Positions 8,894 through 17,210 of a stretch of DNA of 64,000 bases are shown one piece after another (positions within the stretch are counted from its first letter, which is position 1; every line of letters starts with the position of its first letter). The stretch spans positions 5,252 through 69,251 of the IMG/VR virus record IMGVR_UViG_3300025929_000016; one strand, given 5' to 3'. Both the position numbers and the translations under genes were made by a program. The notes beneath the pieces were generated by a model. It ran no database searches and had not been told where the DNA came from. It worked only from the letters and a program-made list of their open reading frames with translations. The stretch comes from a virus.

Positions 8894-10432
8894 TCAATAT
8901 GGATAATGGTATTTGCCTTGCGGGAGAACGATGGTTATGCGCTCCTTAGCGCGGGTTAGGGCAACGAAGGCAACGCGATGCTCAGAGTCGCGATCCTTAT
9001 CCATTTCTACATAAGTCCTTTTAGACATGTCGGACATGATGACTACGTGGTCAGCTTGCCCACCTTTGACGCCGTGGATCGTATTAACATGGATCTTAGG
9101 CGTTGAAGAGATTCTTCGCTTTTCCCTGAGTACAGTGATATAATACTGTCGCGTTTCGAGAGATATTCCTTCGAGGGCGTCGTGCCAGACAGGGAGAGGG
9201 TCTCGAGTAAGTCCAAATCTAACGCGGAGATCATCAAGGGTGAGTGCGAGGTCAGGGTCTTCAATGCTGTTGAGCGCAGCCTTACCTCCCCTAGCCACAA
9301 GTCCTCCAACTCTAAGGTGTTCATACATCTCCTTCGCATTTGCTATGGTTAAGGCATTGCCCGGTGCTTTACGCAGGTGCTCCCACGCTACTATGGCCTG
9401 CACGTGGGCCGGTTTAACGCTGGTAAAACCGTTGCGCCCGGTGTAGGTATAGCCCCGCGTATGTAGCAGCTCGTAAATATTATTTAACAGGTAGACATTG
9501 CGCACCAGAATCAATGTTTCTTCATCCGGGTTAATGTCAATCTGCTCCAACATGGAAACATAGTTTATATCACCCTCGGCATCACGCGGTGTGAACTTCT
9601 TGGTGAAACGCTTGCGAACCTGCATTATAACGCTGTTCGCCTTTTCGTACACAACTCTGGGAAGACGGTAAGAATGGCTCAATATTTCCCGGTCGCCTTC
9701 CAAGGCCAGGAAAGTCTCAAGGTCAGCGCCAGACCATTTGTAGATGGACTGATCGTCATCACCAGCAATAATCACCTTCTGCGCACCGCTGAATGCCTTC
9801 TGCAAAACCATCCATTGGGCCTTGGACAAATCTTGCGCTTCGTCGATAACCACGACCTTGACACGCACCGGGCGACCTTCTTCAACGTACCGGTGCAACA
9901 GGTCAGTGAAGTCCATTAACCCATTCTTTTTCTTGTACATTTCGTACCCGGCACTGAACCGTTCTTGCTCTGCCCATGCTACATCAAAACCTTCGTCTTC
10001 CCAAGTTGCCCTTATAGATACACATTTGACGCGGGCAATATTGTCCAGGAAAAGGAATTTGTCTCCTGGTGCAGCTCCAGTCGGTAGAACCCCGTCGGCC
10101 ATGTCATACTGTCCAGACATGTCGTATCCAAGCCAATCACCAAGCTCCGTAAAATTCTGTCTTCCCATGAGGTTTTGTTTGCTACATCCAAGTTCGCGGA
10201 AACAGAGGGAGTGCACAGTTTGGAAAAGAGGAAGTCGTTTTCGCTTAAGATTAAATTGTGCGCAGGCCCGATCAGCGGCTTCTTGGACTGCTTTTTTCGT
10301 GAACGAGACGAAGGCGATTTCTTCTGGTTTGATCCCACGATTAAGTTCCTCCTGCACCATGTTCAACAAGGTAGTGGTTTTGCCGGTGCCCGGTGGCCCA
10401 AGCAATACAAGCTGATTAGGTGCGATCAACAC
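8894..10432 (-). CDS. UvrD/Rep-like superfamily 1 helicase
   Basis: GPPGTGKTT, VIDEAQD, GDDDQSIY, SYRLP, TIHGVKG, VALTRAK; GTG start at 10432 after GAGG. Confidence 0.93.
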   Translation of the reverse strand: MLIAPNQLVLLGPPGTGKTTTLLNMVQEELNRGIKPEEIAFVSFTKKAVQEAADRACAQFNLKRKRLPLFQTVHSLCFRELGCSKQNLMGRQNFTELGDWLGYDMSGQYDMADGVLPTGAAPGDKFLFLDNIARVKCVSIRATWEDEGFDVAWAEQERFSAGYEMYKKKNGLMDFTDLLHRYVEEGRPVRVKVVVIDEAQDLSKAQWMVLQKAFSGAQKVIIAGDDDQSIYKWSGADLETFLALEGDREILSHSYRLPRVVYEKANSVIMQVRKRFTKKFTPRDAEGDINYVSMLEQIDINPDEETLILVRNVYLLNNIYELLHTRGYTYTGRNGFTSVKPAHVQAIVAWEHLRKAPGNALTIANAKEMYEHLRVGGLVARGGKAALNSIEDPDLALTLDDLRVRFGLTRDPLPVWHDALEGISLETRQYYITVLREKRRISSTPKIHVNTIHGVKGGQADHVVIMSDMSKRTYVEMDKDRDSEHRVAFVALTRAKERITIVLPQGKYHYPY

Positions 10433-10646
10433 GATTGAACCTCTGTATGCGTAGGTTAAGGACTTGCAGATAGCCAAGCATGTAGTTCAGTTGCAAGGCA
10501 AGGTGTCTGGCATCCGTGGCGTCCAGCGCCTTGTACTGGTCAGTTGCCAGGAACGCACGAAGCTTTTCACATTTCCTTAACAATTCAAGATGCTCTTCGT
10601 ACACGCGCTGTTGCCATTCGGTGTACAGCATAGGGATTTCAGGCAT
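10416..10646 (-). CDS. small helical protein, crAss001_48-like
   Basis: WQQRVYEEHLEL...KLRAFL...QLNYMLGYLQVLNLRI pattern; AGGAG RBS. Confidence 0.65.
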   Translation of the reverse strand: MPEIPMLYTEWQQRVYEEHLELLRKCEKLRAFLATDQYKALDATDARHLALQLNYMLGYLQVLNLRIQRFNRVDRT

Positions 10647-10716
10647 TTGGATCTCCTAGAGAGGATATTATCAGAGCAATAAGAATAACCAGCGCCGTAC
10701 ACATGATGACTGTCAT
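10639..10716 (-). CDS. putative 25-aa hydrophobic peptide
   Basis: MTVIMCTALVILIALIISSLGDPNA with upstream GGAG; below the ORF-track cutoff. Confidence 0.3.
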   Translation of the reverse strand: MTVIMCTALVILIALIISSLGDPNA

Positions 10717-10848
10717 GATCTCATTGCTCCGCAAGTTGTGTGCACTTTCAACAAAGACCGCAGTACAGGGTTCCAGCACTGCGGCACAGGTGCCGGGTTG
10801 ACCGCTCTACAAGCAAGCGGACTGCCCGGTGGCGGCATGGGTAGCCGC

Positions 10849-12390
10849 TTAAAACTGCATGTCGTCGTCATCGGGCAGCTCAAGCTTCACAGACGGTACC
10901 AATTCGGCAGGTATGCGCCAAACCTGCACGGTTGTGTTCTTGACCTTGATAGTGCCATGTGTGGCACCATTTTCCCTAAGACTTGTCCAGATCTTGCGTG
11001 GCTCGGTGCGTATGCCATTATTGTCCAGATACTTCAACAACGAGTTACCGGCAAAGCATATCATGTCGGACTCTTTGTCGTGCCATGGACGGCCCAGGAT
11101 AATGTCATCCTTCCTACGTGCCGGTGGCGTCTGTACCAAATACTGGAAGGCATACTGATTGATGCGGCTGGCCGCACGGCTTTCAACAGGTGCTTCGATA
11201 AGCTCAACCGTCTCCAGCTTTTCACGGACAATCTTGTCCCAATCATTGGCCTTAACCCTTGGCGGCAGCTTGTTGATAGCCATCACACAAGACCGCCTAA
11301 ACCGCTCCTGAGACATCAAGTCCTCAGTATCCAACTGCACACGCACACCATCCACATCCATAATCCAGATAGGCGGCTCTGTGGCAATCTTGATTAACGA
11401 GCCTAGGTTCAACGTAAATTCTACGTCGCCCTGCCCAATGCCGAAGGTACGCTTGCGGCACAGGTCTTTATTGCAACTGCTGATAAGAGGAGCCTTATTG
11501 CACGGATAGAAATACTCCTTGCGCCCCAGACTCTTAACCAGCAACGACACTTCTTTGGCACCGAGCGGCGGCGTGATGTACCGTTGGTTCATCTCATCGA
11601 CCTTCTCCTCCCAGTCATCGTCAAACTTTAACCGAGCATACACGCCAATAGCAAACAGGGTGTTGTTCCTCGTACCTTCCGGGATCTTGTTGCGGGTAAT
11701 CATTTGCAGGCACGGCGGGCCGTCCTCAAAGGCACCCTTAACGTCGACCTGCACCGCAGACATGGTCGCATGGTCAATGCGAATCATACGGGCCAGTTCA
11801 ATGAACTGCAAGGCTGACAGCTTTTCACCCTTGAAAATACCGTAGCGTTCGGTTGCCCTATGCTCAAAGTACGGCATGTTCAACCAGTTGCCGACGTCGT
11901 TCTTATTTGCCAGCATGTTCTGCTTAGGGAATATTTCTACGCCGCCATAGCCCATCGCCAAGGCAAACTCATACAGCTTGGCCCGGACTTCCTTACAAGG
12001 CACCGGCTCGCTTAAGAACATCGTTAGGTGTGCGCCGCCGGACTTGGTGCGGATGGTCAGTAGCGGTAGTCCCAGGGCACGGACTTTTTCCTCGATTGCG
12101 TTGAGATCGAGTGGGTATTCATCAATGTCAATGGCACCCCACCAGCAAGTACCATCGTCTTGGATAGGAACGACCCCGAGAGAAGCATTGCCGTTAAGAT
12201 GCTGGCTCCACAGTTTAACATTGTAGTCTCCTTTTTCCGTTGTGGCGCGGCCCTGCACCTTATTATCATCCCGCACCGTGTTGGTAATCTTGAACCGGCC
12301 AAATGCCCGGTCCAACCCTTTGTACAGGTCAAAGAACTGATCAGCTAAAAGTTGCTCTTCTGTCAGGTCTTTATCGGAAGGTTTTGCCAT
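10849..12390 (-). CDS. AEP-superfamily DNA primase with PriCT-like domain
   Basis: GAIDID (motif I), RTKSGGAHL (motif II), LNMPY, GPPCL, GTRNNTLF. Confidence 0.85.
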   Translation of the reverse strand: MAKPSDKDLTEEQLLADQFFDLYKGLDRAFGRFKITNTVRDDNKVQGRATTEKGDYNVKLWSQHLNGNASLGVVPIQDDGTCWWGAIDIDEYPLDLNAIEEKVRALGLPLLTIRTKSGGAHLTMFLSEPVPCKEVRAKLYEFALAMGYGGVEIFPKQNMLANKNDVGNWLNMPYFEHRATERYGIFKGEKLSALQFIELARMIRIDHATMSAVQVDVKGAFEDGPPCLQMITRNKIPEGTRNNTLFAIGVYARLKFDDDWEEKVDEMNQRYITPPLGAKEVSLLVKSLGRKEYFYPCNKAPLISSCNKDLCRKRTFGIGQGDVEFTLNLGSLIKIATEPPIWIMDVDGVRVQLDTEDLMSQERFRRSCVMAINKLPPRVKANDWDKIVREKLETVELIEAPVESRAASRINQYAFQYLVQTPPARRKDDIILGRPWHDKESDMICFAGNSLLKYLDNNGIRTEPRKIWTSLRENGATHGTIKVKNTTVQVWRIPAELVPSVKLELPDDDDMQF

Positions 12391-13066
12391 AATTTTCGCA
12401 CGTTGTCACACCGCAGTACTTACCGCAAAGGAAGTTAGGCTTCGCGGGCCAATTGTTCTTTACCAACGATTTCTGGAAAGGCGCTAAACGCTTTTCGAAG
12501 TTTTCCCAGTCGGCATCGTAGAACTCACGGTGTACCTTCGCCTTTGTTGCGTAACCCTTTGCCAACCACTCGTATCGGGTGTCCACTCGTTGTACGTTCG
12601 GGAAGTGGGCAAATACCAGTAGAGCGTTATGCTTGAGCTGGGTACTGTAGGGATCGGGCTTGCCGGTTTTCCAGTCAATAATCGTAGCAACTGTGCCGTC
12701 TGCGGAGATATGCAGAAGGTCAAGTTTGCCCCTCGCGTGACCACTGGCATCCCACCAGCCAACCGGAACACGATTAATGTCAACGCATAACTCTTTTTCG
12801 GCGAAAAACTCACCGCCAAGTGTCTTGAGCTCATCTACGATTTCCTTGATTTGCTTCTTGTACTTGTTGTCGAAGTCAGTACCGTTCAGTGCGTACAGTT
12901 CTGCTTGCTTGTGGATGCTGTCGCCGTCGTTGGCCGCTTGGTTGAAGGGTCTTGCAAATTCTTTACTGATGCGCTCGCCAAAATGCTTGCGTGGGCACAT
13001 TTCGTAACCGGTAAGGGATGAATAGGAGTACGGAAGAATCCGTACCACTTTAGTTTCGGTTGGCAT
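12371..13066 (-). CDS. PD-(D/E)XK (RecB/Cas4-like) exonuclease
   Basis: SYSSLTGYEMCPRK, GKLDLL, IIDWKTGK, QL, C-terminal CxxxC...C cluster. Confidence 0.85.
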   Translation of the reverse strand: MPTETKVVRILPYSYSSLTGYEMCPRKHFGERISKEFARPFNQAANDGDSIHKQAELYALNGTDFDNKYKKQIKEIVDELKTLGGEFFAEKELCVDINRVPVGWWDASGHARGKLDLLHISADGTVATIIDWKTGKPDPYSTQLKHNALLVFAHFPNVQRVDTRYEWLAKGYATKAKVHREFYDADWENFEKRLAPFQKSLVKNNWPAKPNFLCGKYCGVTTCENYGKTFR

Positions 13067-13253
13067 TGAATCTCTCCCAATCTTTTCGGCAATGTTCGTC
13101 ACAGAATAGCTGCGCATCAGCGAGCTTATCGTCGCAGTTATAGCATAGGCCCAAAGGCAGTAGCTCACGCTTTGGGCGCGAGGCGAGGACTCGGCGGGCA
13201 AGTTCTATTTCTAGTTCTAAGCGGTCGCCTGTAATGTCAGCATCGTCCGACAT
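13050..13253 (-). CDS. DksA/TraR-like C4 zinc-finger protein
   Basis: N-terminal DDAD plus CYNC...FCDEHC; AAGGA RBS. Confidence 0.6.
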   Translation of the reverse strand: MSDDADITGDRLELEIELARRVLASRPKRELLPLGLCYNCDDKLADAQLFCDEHCRKDWERFNANRN

Positions 13254-13347
13254 AATAGTTCCTTAGTCTGTATAGTTGCGGGCACTTATTGTAGCCTGCA
13301 TGCAAGGTTGCTGCACGGCCACTCGGTAAATAAACCCGCCTGTATGC

Positions 13348-13380
13348 AAAACGCCCGCCTATGTTACCACAGGAGGGCGC
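13348..13380 (-). terminator. rho-independent terminator after ssb
   Basis: Minus strand CGCCCTCCTGTG-GTAA-CATAGGCGGGCG followed by TTTT. Confidence 0.7.
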
Positions 13381-13404
13381 TTCTTTACTACTACAACAGG
13401 CCGA

Positions 13405-14199
13405 TTAGAATTCTTCGGCCGTTTCTGCCATGCCTTCTTCAACAGGCATTACCGGCTTGGCAGCGCCGGACTTGATTGCATCGCGGAAAGCCTTGGCTTC
13501 CACGTATTCAGCGATGTCTTCGACCTTGCCGAGATTTTCAATGGCAAAGCCAAACCAGGAACCCTTGTCGTTCTTTTCAGGTACCGTGGTGATCTTGTAC
13601 ACGTGAGAGAACATCGGCGCCGTAACGAAGCCGCTGTTGGTTTTCAGCTTGATGCCGTTCATGAGGGACATCCACTGGCGCGACTTTTTCAGTTGCGTCG
13701 AGGACATCGTCAGTTGCGCTGGAGTCAGCGTACCGTCCGCTTTGCGGATCATGACGAAGTGGTTGCGTGTGTCGACCAGCGTATTGCCGTTCGGCAGCAT
13801 GTCGCGACCTTTGTCATCCTTCGTGGTTGGCTGCGACTGCATGTGCTCTGCCACGAAACCGCCACCATCTTCACGGCGCTTCCATTCGATGAAGCGCTGC
13901 GTGTAGTGAACGGGGATGACTTCAATGCCAGCGGTACCGTCGTACAACTCCTGGGTCACAGTGTTGAACAACATACCTTCTTCGGCGCCCTTGATGTAGG
14001 CACCATCCGATTTCTTGCACTGAGGGGATCCAGATTGGAGGATCTGGAGGAAGGGGATAGCATACGCCGAAGCGCCTGCTTCCTCGAAACCGCCACCAGC
14101 GTCTTCTTCCATCGATTGCTGCATCAAGGCAATTTGCTGTGCCTTAACGGTGTCCAGTTCGGTGGAAGCGCCTTCTGCGGTTTTGTCTTTGGTTGCCAT
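13405..14199 (-). CDS. single-stranded DNA-binding protein (phage type)
   Basis: IPFLQILQSGSPQ, STQLKKSRQW, NDKGSWFG, acidic tail ending EEF; replication-module position. Confidence 0.7.
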   Translation of the reverse strand: MATKDKTAEGASTELDTVKAQQIALMQQSMEEDAGGGFEEAGASAYAIPFLQILQSGSPQCKKSDGAYIKGAEEGMLFNTVTQELYDGTAGIEVIPVHYTQRFIEWKRREDGGGFVAEHMQSQPTTKDDKGRDMLPNGNTLVDTRNHFVMIRKADGTLTPAQLTMSSTQLKKSRQWMSLMNGIKLKTNSGFVTAPMFSHVYKITTVPEKNDKGSWFGFAIENLGKVEDIAEYVEAKAFRDAIKSGAAKPVMPVEEGMAETAEEF

Positions 14200-14224
14200 T
14201 TGAAAACTCCAATAATAAAAAGAT

Positions 14225-14546
14225 TAAAAGTGAAAGATGGCTTACCCATCAGCATGTTGGGCCAAACGAGACCAATCGATTAAACCAACACGACAGCCGC
14301 CTAACAGGATACCCGATACATGGCCTGAACACTCTCGAATAGAGACCCGTTAGGAGGCTGTCGTGTTGGCCCTACAGTTAAGTAGGGGATTACCGACACG
14401 GATTTGTTAGCTCGGTTTACTCCGAGTTACCGTGTGGTGGCGCGACACCTCCTATCACGGAATTATGTACACTTTCGTAGTAGCACGGCCAGTACGTCTA
14501 CTGGCACCAAACAGAGGATGAATGCGCCCAATTGCGCACCGTTACC
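14225..14546 (-). ncRNA. candidate structured non-coding RNA / 5' leader of ssb
   Basis: ~340-bp intergenic region with about eight stem-loops, including a ~21-bp near-perfect stem (14285-14369). Confidence 0.45.
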
Positions 14547-14732
14547 TCAACTCTGTTGTGTTTCTTTGACCGCTGCTTCGTGCACAGCTATCTGAGATGT
14601 TATCTGTTGCGTTATTGCCGTAACTAGGCCCGCAACCACATTATAAGGCTGGGAACTAGCTAGTTGCAATAGCAAATCTACATCTTTTGCTGGCAAATTT
14701 AGATTAAATGGAAAGTCGGGTGGCACGTTCAT
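14547..14732 (-). CDS. hypothetical protein
   Basis: 61-aa ORF, ATGA-coupled to the upstream ORF. Confidence 0.55.
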   Translation of the reverse strand: MNVPPDFPFNLNLPAKDVDLLLQLASSQPYNVVAGLVTAITQQITSQIAVHEAAVKETQQS

Positions 14733-14893
14733 AGGTCACCTTCTTCTCTGAGATAAAACTCAACATTGTCGCCAGTTCGAGTTTCTACGGTTATTTCTGT
14801 GTCATCGCCATGGAGTTTGATGAGCGTTTCAACAACAGTCTTCAATGCACCAAGACTACCGTCGAAATTTGTCAGTGGATCAACCTTAATCAT
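14729..14893 (-). CDS. hypothetical 54-aa protein
   Basis: Not in track. MIKVDPLTNFDGSLGALKTVV...FYLREEGDL fills the gap with ATGA overlaps at both ends. Confidence 0.65.
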   Translation of the reverse strand: MIKVDPLTNFDGSLGALKTVVETLIKLHGDDTEITVETRTGDNVEFYLREEGDL

Positions 14894-15483
14894 TTCTTTC
14901 CTTTCGATTTTGGAGGTAGGTCAACTTTGCTACGGTCAACAATGAAAGCGCCGAATGCGGCCAGCGGTACGTTCATCCCTTTTTCCATCACTTCTTTGAG
15001 CGTTGCCTTCAACGTCATCGGGTGGATGGTTTCGTTCTGCACTGGTCGCAGACCCATGTCCGCCAACTTCTTGGCTGTTTCTGCTGCCTTAGCATCTTCG
15101 CCACGAGAGAACTCAACCACGACAGTGTTCTTGATGATACCGTCCAGCTTGTTCTCGCGTAGCCACGTATAGGCCGGGCCGGTATTGTCCTTTGGTATAG
15201 AGCAATAGACCTCTGTCTTCACCGATACCTTGCGACCATCAGCCATCGTGTAGCTGGACAGGCCCGCTTCCTTGATCTTCTCGGGCAGTTCTTTTTCGGC
15301 AATGGCTCGCCAGCGGCGCTTACCTTCTTCCATACGAAGTTCTTGCGCTTCCAGCCAGTTTTCCAGTTCCACCTGCCGGGCCGCTAGGTCTGCCACGGCC
15401 TTGAGCAGTTCGTTGCCGGGCATGGCAACTTCAGGATTCTGCGCATCTTCAGCATCTGCCGCCATTTGGTCTTCGAGGTTCAT
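14890..15483 (-). CDS. conserved phage replication-module protein
   Basis: 197 aa; ELPE...DGRKV...WLRE...IIKN...IHPMTLKA pattern typical of genes next to SSB in polA phages. Confidence 0.7.
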   Translation of the reverse strand: MNLEDQMAADAEDAQNPEVAMPGNELLKAVADLAARQVELENWLEAQELRMEEGKRRWRAIAEKELPEKIKEAGLSSYTMADGRKVSVKTEVYCSIPKDNTGPAYTWLRENKLDGIIKNTVVVEFSRGEDAKAAETAKKLADMGLRPVQNETIHPMTLKATLKEVMEKGMNVPLAAFGAFIVDRSKVDLPPKSKGKK

Positions 15484-15734
15484 ACCTTGGCCTCTCTGTT
15501 AATTATCGACTTGACAAAGTCTTCTTGCATGGCGGGTTCGAAGTTCTGACAGAACCAGAAGATGTCACGGACACAGAGCTTTCCAGGCTCATTGGCCGGC
15601 ACATAGGCGACGCCCGTTGTCCATGGCGACTCGGCCATCTTCATGATCACGTTGGTCACGGCGACTTGGTAGATGCCGCCCTTCTTCTTATGGCGCACAT
15701 AGTCGCCGACCTGCGGTTTGATTGCGAGTGTCAT
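15480..15734 (-). CDS. DUF1653-like SH3-fold protein
   Basis: YVRHKKKGGIYQV...VAY...VRD...F pattern. Confidence 0.55.
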   Translation of the reverse strand: MTLAIKPQVGDYVRHKKKGGIYQVAVTNVIMKMAESPWTTGVAYVPANEPGKLCVRDIFWFCQNFEPAMQEDFVKSIINREAKV

Positions 15735-15964
15735 TTATTTCTCTCCTTTATCATCGCGTCAGCGAACAGATAGCATCGATGGGCCACAAATTCTGGAATC
15801 TTCATTGCCTTTTCTTCGTCAGTAGGGTCTGCATTGGAAATATCGCTGGACAAAATAGCAATCAATGCCTGTCCAGCGAAATGGTCGCGCAGAGTCATTC
15901 CTTTAAACACATGCGTACCTGTGCTAAATGGGAATGCGTCTCCTCCAGTATCTTTATGGCTCAT
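15731..15964 (-). CDS. conserved phage hypothetical protein
   Basis: GGDAFP...GMTLRDHFAGQAL...ADAMIKER, a widespread phage family. Confidence 0.75.
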   Translation of the reverse strand: MSHKDTGGDAFPFSTGTHVFKGMTLRDHFAGQALIAILSSDISNADPTDEEKAMKIPEFVAHRCYLFADAMIKERNK

Positions 15965-16320
15965 AGCGCCTTCCCATGAACGTCAGTTTGGATGGAGTAG
16001 TAGCGCCGTGCCTTCTTATCCCACTTGAGATAGTTCACACGACCGTGGTTGATGTCTGAAGCGACCATGGCGACCATGGACATCAGCACTGGATCGCCGA
16101 CAGGCAGAATAAAGTCATCGTCGCCGAAATCGTGCAGCTTGTCGCGCAGTGTCCGAATCGTCGGCACCGTGGCGAACATTGTCTGGTTGTTTTGCAGGAG
16201 AATATGGACGTCGCCATACTCAATCGCAGGCTTGAGGTTGACGCTCTTCACCGGCTCGCCGGCAATGATATGAGTAGGTTCGCACACGGCGAATACTCGG
16301 GGATGTTTCTTGGTTTCCAT
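15961..16320 (-). CDS. conserved phage hypothetical protein
   Basis: 119 aa; DDFILPVGDP, LKWDK; AGGA RBS. Confidence 0.7.
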   Translation of the reverse strand: METKKHPRVFAVCEPTHIIAGEPVKSVNLKPAIEYGDVHILLQNNQTMFATVPTIRTLRDKLHDFGDDDFILPVGDPVLMSMVAMVASDINHGRVNYLKWDKKARRYYSIQTDVHGKAL

Positions 16321-16372
16321 GATCGTGTCCTGTTATAAACTGTATGGGTGTGGCGGGGTTGCCACGGTGCCC

Positions 16373-16401
16373 ATACTACCCAAAACGCTGTGCGATAGCA
16401 A
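16373..16401 (-). promoter_or_regulatory. sigma70-like promoter
   Basis: TTGCTA-N17-TAGTAT upstream of the gene at 16320. Confidence 0.5.
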
Positions 16402-16439
16402 CAATTCCCTTGTGAGTTTTACATAACGTTCGTTATCGG

Positions 16440-17018
16440 CTATTTCCTGCCAACAACATATCGACAGTTTTCATGCTCGCCGACTGCGCATAGATCGCAA
16501 AATCCATTTCCCGGTGGCACCTCAAGGCAATTCGGCTTGCGCTTGCCCTGCTCGGCTGGCGCTGCGACAGGTGCGGCATAGAGCTTTCGCGCCTCATGCG
16601 CCCAATCGTTCACGACTGGGGATTTTATGTAGTCCTCATAGGATTCAGGGCTGCACTTTATCCATTCGCTCCAACCTCTGCGCTCGTCCCATGTCGGACG
16701 TGTCCTATACTGGTATTCAACAGGCTCCTGCTGCTGCGCTACGGGTGCCAGATCACGTTCAGCCGCAACATGCCAATCGATAAGGTTGCTGATTGTCTTG
16801 CGCGGGTTTGTTGGCTCATAGCAGCTTTTCACTGACATGCAGTGATCGATTGCCGCCTGATGCCATGCATCCTGCTGCGCTACGGGCGCGGCGGCAAGTG
16901 CGGCCAGCGCATATTCGATCATTTGCGCAGTCGTATAGCCATCGGTCGGAAAGCTGTCGCCATTCACATGCGCCCAGGCGCCTGGCTCTGGCAGCGGCGG
17001 CAATTTGGTGTCACTCAT
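16440..17018 (-). CDS. mosaic phage hypothetical protein
   Basis: 192 aa; LPPLPEP, APVAQQ repeats, RKLYAAP; GAGGA RBS. Confidence 0.7.
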   Translation of the reverse strand: MSDTKLPPLPEPGAWAHVNGDSFPTDGYTTAQMIEYALAALAAAPVAQQDAWHQAAIDHCMSVKSCYEPTNPRKTISNLIDWHVAAERDLAPVAQQQEPVEYQYRTRPTWDERRGWSEWIKCSPESYEDYIKSPVVNDWAHEARKLYAAPVAAPAEQGKRKPNCLEVPPGNGFCDLCAVGEHENCRYVVGRK

Positions 17019-17210
17019 TTTGTTTTCCTCAGTTTTCGTTCAATCGGCAGCTATTACGATAAGAAGAGTTATCGTAATAAAGTTATTGGTTTAATTTTGT
17101 ATCTCTTAGCTCCTTAGCTTTAATCATACGTGGTGAAATAGGGTGTTCCTTGGCATAGACACTAGACAGCAGCGCCGCTATGACAAGGAACACTAGGATA
17201 GTGCGCTGAA

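Noticed and set aside
12371-13066. CRISPR-associated Cas4
   Set aside because: Stand-alone PD-(D/E)XK nuclease in a replication module, a common phage arrangement; no other cas genes.
14225-14546. tRNA, tmRNA or hammerhead ribozyme
   Set aside because: No cloverleaf with T-loop and CCA end, no tmRNA termini, and no complete CUGAUGA/GAAA core. Kept only as an unclassified structured-RNA candidate.
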